In this document: positions 29,194-37,648 of the stretch, in pieces
Layout of the letters: the number at the start of each line of letters is the position of its first letter
Position numbering within the stretch: the first letter of the stretch is position 1
The notes under the pieces: model-generated
What the model was told of the DNA's origin: nothing
The model's input: only the letters and a program-made list of their open reading frames with translations
Database searches by the model: none
NCBI GenBank assembly: GCA_963801165.1
Contig: CAWDDT010000009.1
Span: forward strand, 352,001 to 416,000
Reading direction: 5' to 3'
DNA from: an uncultured bacterium
GTDB lineage: Bacteria > Actinomycetota > Acidimicrobiia > Spongiisociales > UBA5794
Length of the DNA stretch: 64,000 nt
Position numbers and translations under genes: made by a program

Positions 29194-29221
29194 ATACTAA
29201 CCGAAATCTTTAGTTTCGCTA
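29194..29221 (-). promoter_or_regulatory. AbiE promoter/operator
   Basis: -10 TAGTAT 6 nt before ATG; inverted repeat GCGAAA-N7-TTTCGG upstream. Confidence 0.6.
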
Positions 29222-29332
29222 CAGATTCGACTGCAAAGCGGCCGGCGTGTCCGCCTAGCGAGCTACTGACCTGCCCATCGGCCGCCGGACTCCGCGGCTC
29301 TCGGTGGCCTTACGTATTACCGGCTGCTGTCG

Positions 29333-30007
29333 ATGATCCTCAAGGCAGCAGTGCGAGCCCGGCGTCTCCCGTCGAACCCTGCTCTTGGAATATCACTGCC
29401 GAGGGCAACTCGGCGTCCCCCCCGGTTCCTGATGGCGAGCCAGGTCGACGATCTCGCCCATGTCGTCCCCGAGCAACACCGCGGCCTCGTCTACGTGCTC
29501 GCGTATGGAGGGCTTCGCTGGGCGGAGGCAATCGGTCTCAAGACGAAACATGTCAACCTGCTACGTCGCCGGATCGAGGTTTGCGAAACGCTGTCTGAGG
29601 TCGGAGGGCGATTCCACCTCGTTCCGCCGAAGACATGGGAAGCTCGCACGGTTGCGATTCCGCCGTTCGTCGCTGACGTGCTTGGGGAGCACATTGGGCG
29701 ATTTGCCGAAGCTGGCTCGGAGAGCCTCATTTTTGCCGCGAGCGGGACCCCAATGCGTGCTTCGAACTTCCGGCGTCGTGTCTGGTACCCGGCCATCGCA
29801 CAGATCGGTCAGGAGGGGCTGCGAATCCACGACATGAGACACACGTGCGCCTCGATGCTCATCGCCGCCGGCGCCCACCCTGGATTAGTCCGCGAGCACC
29901 TCGGCCACTCGAGCATCCGCGTCACCATGGACGTCTATGGACACCTCTACGAGGACACCAAGGACGAGATCGCACAGCGGCTCCAGGCGATTCACCGCGG
30001 GTTGTAG
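29333..30007 (+). pseudogene. Tyrosine integrase, catalytic domain only (N-terminus lost or degenerate)
   Basis: GLRWAE, PPKT, IHDMRH, LGH, TMDVYGH intact; only 224 aa; upstream YYRLLS continues in frame but the region beyond looks frame-disrupted. Confidence 0.8.
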
Positions 30008-30041
30008 CCGCGCTTTCGGTAGTGACGGCCGGTGCGGGTGA

Positions 30042-30665
30042 TCAGAGAGTGATCCGTCCGAAGAAACAGATCGGGGGACACTCCGGTCCGTTCGGTTCGA
30101 TCCGCTCGAGCGGAGTCTCCATGGCGTCCTTCGTCTTGGCCAACACGGTCCCGCTGACATCCTTGAGCGTGAAAGTGACCAAGGCTGAAGCGCCGTAGTC
30201 CCGATGAGGTAGGAAGTACTCGACGTAATCGCCGTCCGTCCACATGAACACGGACCCGGCGCGTGTCGTGCCAGAGGTCCGCTCTGATTCGCCACGGATG
30301 ACCACACCAGTTCCGGGGTCCGGGATGTCGATGGTGATGACCTCTCTGGCACAATCGCCATTCACGCAGATCTCGACGTCGTAGGTTGCGTCCGCGGTGA
30401 TGTCAACATCGGTCAGTTCGATCGTGAGAGCGGAGTCGCAACCCTCTTCGTCGCAGAATCTGGTGTCGTCCATTGCCGGCGACGATGTGGATGGGGGATT
30501 GGTCGAGAGAGAAGCAGTCGGGCTTGTCGATCCCTCTGGTGCCGTGGAGGCAACCGTCGCCGGGGCGGCCATAGAAGATGACGTCTGCTCTTCACCTGGG
30601 GTGCTGCAGGCAGAGAGAGCGACTAGCACCAGGGTGCAGACCAGGGCCATGGCTCGAATGTTCAT
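30042..30665 (-). CDS. Uncharacterised lipoprotein
   Basis: MNIRAMALVCTLVLVALSAC lipobox, Ser/Thr linker, C-terminal PNGPECPPIC. Confidence 0.7.
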   Translation of the reverse strand: MNIRAMALVCTLVLVALSACSTPGEEQTSSSMAAPATVASTAPEGSTSPTASLSTNPPSTSSPAMDDTRFCDEEGCDSALTIELTDVDITADATYDVEICVNGDCAREVITIDIPDPGTGVVIRGESERTSGTTRAGSVFMWTDGDYVEYFLPHRDYGASALVTFTLKDVSGTVLAKTKDAMETPLERIEPNGPECPPICFFGRITL

Positions 30666-30673
30666 GTCTCTTT

Positions 30674-30701
30674 GACGCTCCTTGGCGCGGGCTCGGTTCC
30701 C
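30674..30701 (-). promoter_or_regulatory. ECF sigma-type promoter
   Basis: GGGAACC-N16-GCGTC, 8 nt before ATG. Confidence 0.7.
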
Positions 30702-30763
30702 GTGAACCGTGCTTTTTGTTGACACCACGAGGGTGCCTCAAACCAAGGTGGATCCTCAGCCAA

Positions 30764-32102
30764 TCAGGGCAGGAGCTCGAGGTTCATGTCTTGCAGCGCA
30801 TAGCCGATCTTTGAGTAGACTTCCCAGCCGGGACCACCGCCCTTGTGGATGCCCACGGCGGTTGTAGTCAAAGGAATGAAGACGGGGGACCCTGAGTCTC
30901 CGGGGCGTGGACTCAGTTGGCTGGTGCTTCCAGAATCATCTCCGTAGTCCACCGCGGCGTACCGATAGTTGGTGTCTGGCCAGACCCCGTTGGTTGATAC
31001 CTCAACAGTGTTGTCGACGACCACACCGTACATGTTCGCCCAGTAGTGGCCATACACGTTCGCCGTTTGGGCCCCTTTCGCGATCACAAGCATGTTTCGC
31101 GGGTTTTCCCACTGGAAAGAGTCGATCGAATACCAGAACTGATCCCACCCGTATACACGGGGCTGAGGGGTCGCGCTGGCGAACCACTCTCGTAGAAACA
31201 TAATGTCGCCGTGGTCATAGTCCTCGTGGGATCTATAGCGGACTGTGCTGTATGGCGTGGTTCCGTCGGCGTAACGGATATACCACCAGTCGTCCTGGTC
31301 GTTGACCCAGTCGTTGCAGTGCGCGCAGCAGTGAGTATGCCGGTCCACGCCGGATGTGAAAGCGAATGGACGGAGAATCCTGCGGTACAGTCGTTGCTCC
31401 CGCATTGAGCGATCATACGGCCGCCCTCCGTAACTCCGCCTGTCCGGGTGGGGTCTGTAGGGCAGTCTTCGTCGAAGTCCTCAGGGCCGTCTAGGACCGT
31501 TACCGTTGAGGCCAGGTCGCCTAGGTCGGATTGGATCAATTCACGTTCTGGCTGTCCTAGTTTTGCGGATGACCCAAAAACAACCACGGTGAGGCGGTCG
31601 ATATCCGCGGCCCAACCCAACGCCAGTGAACGTCCGGAGTCATCAAGCCGCGCCAGCCGATCCCTGGCGGTGTCGAACCTCTTTTGCTCCTCGGCGGCTG
31701 TGAGTCGGGCCTGCTTAAGCTCAACGGCATCGCCTAGCGGCGCGATCAACGCCTTCGCGGTTGCCACTCAACCTGGGTCGCGTCGGCGAGCAGAACCGTG
31801 CCTGCGTTCTCTGCGAAGTCATCGCTCAAGGCCGAGTCGACGTACGACGGCACCTCGGCGGCAATGTGGTTGACGACTTCACCAAAACGAACCTGGAACT
31901 CGAGCCTCGACAAGGCCACCTGCGGGCTGACACCAAATTCCTCGGCTATTGCTGAGACTGCGGCATCGGTAGCGCCTGCTGGTGTCTCGTCCGCTGCTGA
32001 GACTGTCGGGCTTCCAACGAACGCGAGCGCGATCGCCGCGAGAAACACGAAGAAGGGCACCTTGAGGAGGTGCCATCGTCGACGGGTTGGCATGACCATG
32101 AT
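30764..32102 (-). pseudogene. Secreted S1 (alpha-lytic/streptogrisin-like) serine protease, frameshifted
   Basis: Signal peptide and prodomain, CTAGF..GILTAA|HC and PGDSGSPV lie in three different frames. Confidence 0.8.
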
Positions 32103-32516
32103 CGTCCCCATTCTGTCTGCGCGCCCTCGCACTCACCACCACCATCATCTACCGGTGGGCAGGTACGGGCCATTCGGCACTGTTGGTCCCGAAGACGTGG
32201 CAGTGCGACCAACGAGTCGGCCGCTCGGTCGGGACTCCTCGGAGGACCTAGGCACAATGAGGATGCCAGACTCCTGCCCTTGGTTGTCGCTTGCCCTGAA
32301 GGGTCTGCCGCCAGCGCCCCGAGAATGGCACGAACGATTCGTCCCCCATCCACGCCCACCAGCCGAACGCGGACAATACGCAGGTTCGGCAACAATCCGC
32401 TGAGCTCGCGTTGCGATGGAGTGAGTCGATGCATCGGCAATAGGGACTTGGCACATGCCAACCGGAGCCGCATGTCCAGTATGAACCGAAGCCGGACAAG
32501 CGATGCGGCCATTCAA

Positions 32517-32538
32517 TCGCGCCCCCAGCGCGCCCTCC
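32517..32538 (+). repeat. Two 11-bp tandem repeats (putative arm-type sites)
   Basis: TCGCGCCCCCA GCGCGCCCTCC matching 23300-23332. Confidence 0.7.
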
Positions 32539-32573
32539 GCCGACTAATGACCGCTGCTCAACGAGCCTGGAAA

Positions 32574-32608
32574 CACCGAAATCCCCTGCGGCATAGGGGA
32601 TTTCGGTG
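32574..32608 (-). terminator. Island-supplied terminator after tRNA-Phe
   Basis: CACCGAAATCCCCT-N7-AGGGGATTTCGGTG followed by TTT on the minus strand. Confidence 0.75.
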
Positions 32609-32682
32609 GTGGTCAGGGACGGCGTCGATCCGTCGACCTCTGGTTTTTCAGACCAGCGCTCTACCGACTGAGCTACCTGACC
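32607..32682 (-). tRNA. tRNA-Phe(GAA)
   Basis: Acceptor GGTCAGG/CCTGACC, anticodon arm CTGGT-CTGAAAA-ACCAG, encoded CCA; T-loop reads ATCGACG. Confidence 0.96.
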
Positions 32683-32723
32683 GTATTGCACACAGGCCCG
32701 GACCGGGGTCCGGGCGCAGTATG

Positions 32724-32801
32724 TGGCGGGAGCGACGGGATTTGAACCCGCGATCTCCGGCTTGACAGGCCGGCGTGAACTCCAGGCTTCACCACGCCCC
32801 C
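32724..32801 (-). tRNA. tRNA-Asp(GTC)
   Basis: Anticodon arm CCGGC-CTGTCAA-GCCGG, GGTTCAAATCC, G73, encoded CCA. Confidence 0.96.
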
Positions 32802-32806
32802 ACGGG

Positions 32807-32879
32807 TGCCCCCAAGGGAATTCGAATCCCTGTTGCCGCCTTGAAAGGGCGGAGTCCTGGACCGCTGGACGATGGGGGC
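32807..32879 (-). tRNA. tRNA-Glu(TTC)
   Basis: Acceptor GCCCCCA/TGGGGGC, anticodon arm CCGCC-CTTTCAA-GGCGG; CCA not encoded. Confidence 0.95.
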
Positions 32880-33097
32880 CCGAAGGTTTCTCCGGGTTGG
32901 GCCCGAGGAAGTCGGGATATTACACCGTCGCCGCGGTCTGAGACCGAGCGCCCGGAGTATAGGGCCTGTGTGGGTAGTCGTGTCCAGATAGGGCGACAGA
33001 ACCGGCCAGAGATGTGGTGTCAATGAAGTGGGTGTTGCGCATCGCCAACTTGTATCCGTACGATGGCGGTCGAGTCAACTATTCGGAGGGAGAAACC

Positions 33098-33601
33098 GTG
33101 CACTTCAGACGCCTTATGGCTCTTGCCGGTGTTGTGATCGGGATCATCGGCTTGTTCATGAAGTCGCTGATCACCGATGGGGAGTCGGAGATGGAGACCC
33201 TGGCGCAGATAGCCCACGATGGGGGCAGCCACTTTCCCAAGGGCATCCCGACCATCTGGGGTGGTCTCGCCGCGTGGGCCCAGGTCCTCCTGGTGATCTT
33301 CATCATCCTCATTGTGTTCCTCTGCCTTCGCCCCGACATCGCCAAGGGCTTTAACCAGATGGACTCGATGATCATCGGTGTGATCGGCGTTGCTTTGCTC
33401 GCCTACGCCGTTTACAAGTTCGTCGATGCCGGGGACGCCGCTAACAGTCTCGCCGCCGGGTTCGCCGCTATGGCGTCGCAAGGGGCACCGACCTCGGCGC
33501 ACGACGTCAGCCGCGGCGTCGGGTTCTTCGTCCTCATCCTCGGCACCGTGCTTATCGCGGCCGCAGGGGCGCTAGGGCTGGCAGGGAACAGCGAGAGCTG
33601 A
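33098..33601 (+). CDS. Hypothetical 4-TM membrane protein
   Basis: GTG with GGAGG RBS; four hydrophobic helices; followed by a hairpin at 33620-33643. Confidence 0.7.
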   Translation: MHFRRLMALAGVVIGIIGLFMKSLITDGESEMETLAQIAHDGGSHFPKGIPTIWGGLAAWAQVLLVIFIILIVFLCLRPDIAKGFNQMDSMIIGVIGVALLAYAVYKFVDAGDAANSLAAGFAAMASQGAPTSAHDVSRGVGFFVLILGTVLIAAAGALGLAGNSES

Positions 33602-33672
33602 CCTGATCGAGTCGTGTGGAGGGGTCACCACGGTGGCCCCTCTCATGCGTCGCGGGCAGTAAGTTGCGTGCT

Positions 33673-34446
33673 GTGAGCGACTACATGCATCCCCTGGCGG
33701 CACCGTTCCGGTTCGAAGGCGACCGACCCGAGTCCGTCCTGCTGCTGCACGGTTGGACCGGATCGCCGGCCCACATGCGCGATCTGGGGCAGCGGCTCAA
33801 CGACGCCGGGTACACCGTTGTCGGCCCTCTGCTCGCAGGACACGGCACGACTCTCGATGACATGGCGACCACGGGTTGGCGCGACTGGCTGGGTAGTGCC
33901 GCCGAACCGGCGATGGACATCCTTGAGGGCGGCGATACTCTGCATCTGGTGGGTCTGTCGATGGGCGGAATCATCTCGCTGCTGCTCGCCACCTCCCTCG
34001 ATGCCGCCTCGGTGACAACGATCAACGCACCACTGCTCGTACGGGATCGCAGGTCGTATCTCGCCGGACTCTACCGGGGGAGCAAGCGGATCGAGCATGC
34101 GGAACCCCCGGTGGCGGCACCGCCGGAGATGCGGAAATACCAGCAGCAATACAACGGTACGCCGCTCGGAACCGCCGCAGAGCTGGCAGATCTCATCCGG
34201 GCGGCACGGCGCAGCCTCAGCAAGGTGACATGCCCGGCACTGATCATCCAATCGAAGACAGACGAGACGGTTAGACCAAAAAGCGCCACCATCATCTACG
34301 ACGGTCTGGGGTCAGCCGACAAGGGCATCGTCTGGCTGGAGTGCTCCCGGCACGTCGCTGTGGTCGACGTCGAGCGTGAGGCGATCGCCGCCTCCATCCT
34401 CGAGCATCTCCGTTCCGCTTTCGACAGCCGGCACGCCGCCGTTTAG
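33673..34446 (+). CDS. Alpha/beta-hydrolase carboxylesterase (YvaK/Est30-like)
   Basis: LLHGWTGSP, GHGT, GLSMGG, DETV, SRH. Confidence 0.9.
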   Translation: MSDYMHPLAAPFRFEGDRPESVLLLHGWTGSPAHMRDLGQRLNDAGYTVVGPLLAGHGTTLDDMATTGWRDWLGSAAEPAMDILEGGDTLHLVGLSMGGIISLLLATSLDAASVTTINAPLLVRDRRSYLAGLYRGSKRIEHAEPPVAAPPEMRKYQQQYNGTPLGTAAELADLIRAARRSLSKVTCPALIIQSKTDETVRPKSATIIYDGLGSADKGIVWLECSRHVAVVDVEREAIAASILEHLRSAFDSRHAAV

Positions 34447-34632
34447 CGCCAGGGCCGCGTGTGACCTCCACCGTCCTTGCCGGTCTAGCGGTCGGTTCGA
34501 ACGAGAGCTACCTGAGTCGAGCCAGGAAGCACACGTTCCAATGCCGGTAGGAAGGGGACTTTGGCCCCCTCTCGCATCGCAGTTTTTGGGCTTAGGATGC
34601 ATGACACTGTCCATGTCCAGGAGGAGGACCTC

Positions 34633-36585
34633 ATGGCCGATGAGCCAAACGTGATTGGGAACATGATCTCAGAGGAACGCTTATTTCCCCCGTCGGAAGC
34701 GTTCGTTGCTGCCGCCAACGTAGGTGTCGAGATCTACGAGGAGGCAGAGAACGACTATCTCGCGTTTTGGAAGAAGCAAGCCCTCGATCGCATCACGTGG
34801 TTCAAGGAGCCGACCGTTGTTCTTGATAATTCCAATGCTCCTTTCTTCAAGTGGTTCAGTGATGGTGAGCTGAACGTGTCGTACAACTGTCTCGATCGGC
34901 ATTTGGAGGCGGACGGGGACAGGATCGCGTACCACTGGATAGGAGAGCCCGGCGACAGCCAGAACATCACCTACCGTGACCTGTACGAGCGGGTGACAAA
35001 GCTGGCGAATGGGCTCAAGAGCCTCGGGGTCGAGAAGGGCGATCGTGTAGCCATCTACCTGGGCATGGTTCCCGAGCTTGCCGTCTCGTTGCTGGCTTGT
35101 GCCCGTATCGGTGCGATTCACTCGGTCGTGTTTGGTGGCTTCTCCGCCGACTCGCTGTCCGACCGCATCCACGATTCGCAGTGCAAGATTCTTATCACAG
35201 GCGATGGCGCCTGGCGGCGTGGCAGCGTCGTCTCGCTCAAGGACGTTGCCGACGATGCGCTGAAGAACTCCCCTTCGATTGAGAAGGTGGTTGTCGTCAG
35301 GCGCACCGAGAACGACGTCAACTGGACCGAGAAGGACATCTGGTATCACGACCTGGTCGCCGACCAGCCCACCGAGTGCGAGCCCGAGGTTATGAACGCA
35401 GAGGATCCGCTTTACATCCTCTACACGTCGGGTACCACCGGCAAGCCGAAGGGCATCGTGCACACCCAGGGCGGCTACCTGACTGCGATTACCACGACCC
35501 ACGACTACGTCTTCGATCTCAAGCCGGACGACGTGTACTGGTGCACCGCCGACATCGGCTGGGTGACCGGGCACTCCTACATCGTGTATGGCCCGTTGGC
35601 GAACGGTGCGACCAGCATCATGTATGAGGGCGCACCCAACTACCCGGGTCTCGACCGGCTGTGGCAGATCGTCGAGGAATACAAGTGCACGATCTTCTAC
35701 ACGGCGCCGACCGCGATCCGTGCCTTCATGAAGTGGGGCGACGACCACGTCACCAAGCACGACCTCTCATCGCTGCGTTTGCTGGGAACCGTGGGTGAGC
35801 CCATCAATCCCGAGGCTTGGATCTGGTACAACGAGACCATCGGTGGCGGCAGGTGCCCGATCGTCGACACATGGTGGCAGACCGAGACCGGCGCCATCAT
35901 GATCACCCCGCTCCCGGGTGCGGTCTCGACCAAGCCCGGTTCGGCGACCCGGCCTTTCCCGGGTATCGGCGCTGATGTGGTCGACGAGGAGGGCAACTCG
36001 GTTCCGTTTGGCAGTGGCGGTTTCCTTGTGATGCGTCGCCCGTGGCCGTCGATGTTGCGGACCATCTACGGCAACGACCGCCGCTACGTCGACACCTACT
36101 GGTCACGTTTCGACAACATGTACTTCGCCGGTGACGGCGCCAAGCGGGACGACGACGGTTACTTCTGGCTGTTGGGCCGTGTCGACGACGTCATGCTCAT
36201 CGCCGGGCACAACATCTCGACGACCGAGGTGGAGTCGGCGTTGGTCAGCCACCCCGCCGTGGCCGAGGCTGCCGTAGTCGGTCGTGCCGACCCGGTCACC
36301 GGGCAGGCGATTGCCGCCTTCGTGACACTGCGTTCGGAATTCGAGGGCAGCGACGAGTTGCTTGCCGAGCTGCGCAACCACGTGGCCTCGACGATCGGCC
36401 CGATCGCCAAGCCGAAGAGCATCGTCTTCACCGACGATCTCCCCAAGACCCGGTCGGGCAAGATCATGCGCCGCCTGCTCAAGGACATCTCTGAGAAGCG
36501 GCAGCTGGGTGATGTAACCACCCTTGCCAATGCGGACATTGTCCGGGAGATTGCAGCCAAGTCGACGGAAACCAGCGACGACTGA
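34633..36585 (+). CDS. acs: Acetate--CoA ligase
   Basis: YTSGTTGKPKG, DTWWQTETG, LPKTRSGKIMRR; GAGGAGG RBS. Confidence 0.97.
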   Translation: MADEPNVIGNMISEERLFPPSEAFVAAANVGVEIYEEAENDYLAFWKKQALDRITWFKEPTVVLDNSNAPFFKWFSDGELNVSYNCLDRHLEADGDRIAYHWIGEPGDSQNITYRDLYERVTKLANGLKSLGVEKGDRVAIYLGMVPELAVSLLACARIGAIHSVVFGGFSADSLSDRIHDSQCKILITGDGAWRRGSVVSLKDVADDALKNSPSIEKVVVVRRTENDVNWTEKDIWYHDLVADQPTECEPEVMNAEDPLYILYTSGTTGKPKGIVHTQGGYLTAITTTHDYVFDLKPDDVYWCTADIGWVTGHSYIVYGPLANGATSIMYEGAPNYPGLDRLWQIVEEYKCTIFYTAPTAIRAFMKWGDDHVTKHDLSSLRLLGTVGEPINPEAWIWYNETIGGGRCPIVDTWWQTETGAIMITPLPGAVSTKPGSATRPFPGIGADVVDEEGNSVPFGSGGFLVMRRPWPSMLRTIYGNDRRYVDTYWSRFDNMYFAGDGAKRDDDGYFWLLGRVDDVMLIAGHNISTTEVESALVSHPAVAEAAVVGRADPVTGQAIAAFVTLRSEFEGSDELLAELRNHVASTIGPIAKPKSIVFTDDLPKTRSGKIMRRLLKDISEKRQLGDVTTLANADIVREIAAKSTETSDD

Positions 36586-36603
36586 AGGTCTTGAGACCAT
36601 CAT

Positions 36604-36638
36604 GACGGGCCCTCCGCCTGCGGGCGGGGGGCCTCGTC
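36604..36638 (+). terminator. GC-rich hairpin after acs
   Basis: GGCCCTCCGCC-TGCG-GGCGGGGGGCC inverted repeat. Confidence 0.55.
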
Positions 36639-36676
36639 GTGCCCGACGCCGGCGGTTCTCGAACTTGCAGTGAGTC

Positions 36677-36707
36677 AGTCTAGGTTGTAAACTAGACTAT
36701 GTCTAAA
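36677..36707 (+). promoter_or_regulatory. Probable FurA/PerR-type operator upstream of dps-fur
   Basis: Overlapping dyads AGTCTAG-N8-CTAGACT and TAGAC-TAT-GTCTA in an AT-rich patch. Confidence 0.6.
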
Positions 36708-36728
36708 CAAAGTCCCTAGGAGGAAGAT

Positions 36729-37193
36729 ATGGCCTGGACTGTGCTCCCGGAGGAAACGGCAAGCAAGGTCGCCGATGCGATGCAGCCGACAATGCTCGAT
36801 CTTCTCGATCTCCACATGATCGGCAAGCAAGCGCACTGGACGGTTGTCGGTGGGAGCTTCCAGCCCGTGCACGAGCGACTGGACGTCCTCATCGACCAGT
36901 GGCGGCTGTGGAGCGACTCGGTGGCCGAGCGGATCGTCATCCTCGGCACGCTGCCCAAGGGACGACCACACGACATCGTCAACCTGGGCAAGAACGGCGA
37001 GTTTCCGGTTGATTGGCTCGACGGCAACGACGCCATGTGTCTCCTGGCTGATCGGGTGGAGGCGGTTGCCCGGCGCGCCCGCGAGCACCAACATGCGATC
37101 GCCGACCTGGATGCAATTAGTGATGCGCTCTTGCAGGGGATCATCGAGGGCCTAGAGGAGCAACTCTGGATGCTGCGAGCACACCTTCGCTAG
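36729..37193 (+). CDS. dps: Dps (DNA protection during starvation) ferritin-like protein
   Basis: KQAHWTVVG..FQPVHERLD..DSVAERI..LEEQLWML. Confidence 0.92.
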   Translation: MAWTVLPEETASKVADAMQPTMLDLLDLHMIGKQAHWTVVGGSFQPVHERLDVLIDQWRLWSDSVAERIVILGTLPKGRPHDIVNLGKNGEFPVDWLDGNDAMCLLADRVEAVARRAREHQHAIADLDAISDALLQGIIEGLEEQLWMLRAHLR

Positions 37194-37594
37194 CAGACGC
37201 TCGTCTCCGCGATGCGGGCCTGAAAGCAACCCGGGCTCGCGTCCTCGTCCTCATCACTCTCGAAGGTCTCGGCGGGCACCCAACCGCCGATGACGTGCTC
37301 GCCGGGATCATCGACGCCGGAGGCAGCGTCTCTCGGGCCACGGTCTTCAACGCACTCGACGATCTCACCGCGGCGGGTTTGGTCATGCATGCCGACGCCG
37401 GTCCGGGTGCGGTGCGCTATGAGGCGGCGACCGCCGCACACGACCACTTCATATGCGACCGATGCGGCAAGGTCATCGACGTGGTCGCCGGCAACGTGGC
37501 CCGCCCGGCTCACCCTCCGCGAGGTCTCGGCGGGCGGGTCGATAGCGCCCAGATCATCTACCGGGGCGTCTGCGACGCATGCCGCCACGAGTGA
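37166..37594 (+). CDS. Fur-family regulator (FurA/PerR-like); probable CTG start
   Basis: In-frame LRDAGLKATRAR..HPTADDV, SRATVFNAL, HDHFICDRCG, RGVCDAC; CTG 37166 lies 5 nt after AGAGGAG and there is no ATG/GTG/TTG upstream of helix 1. Confidence 0.85.
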   Translation: MDAASTPSLADARLRDAGLKATRARVLVLITLEGLGGHPTADDVLAGIIDAGGSVSRATVFNALDDLTAAGLVMHADAGPGAVRYEAATAAHDHFICDRCGKVIDVVAGNVARPAHPPRGLGGRVDSAQIIYRGVCDACRHE

Positions 37595-37648
37595 CTGGGC
37601 AGAAGCGGTCGTCGTGCAATTGGGGCGGCGACCGCCGATAATGGCTGT

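Larger units (their letters stand above)
23126..32651. mobile_element. Genomic island integrated at tRNA-Phe(GAA), ~9.5 kb, partly decayed
   Basis: 43-bp terminal direct repeat, tyrosine integrase remnant, two TA modules, pseudogenes, arm-type repeats near both ends. Confidence 0.92.

Noticed and set aside
32300-32340. Inverted extra copy of the island repeat
   Set aside because: Only GTGCC.TTCT.G matches and the core dyad is absent
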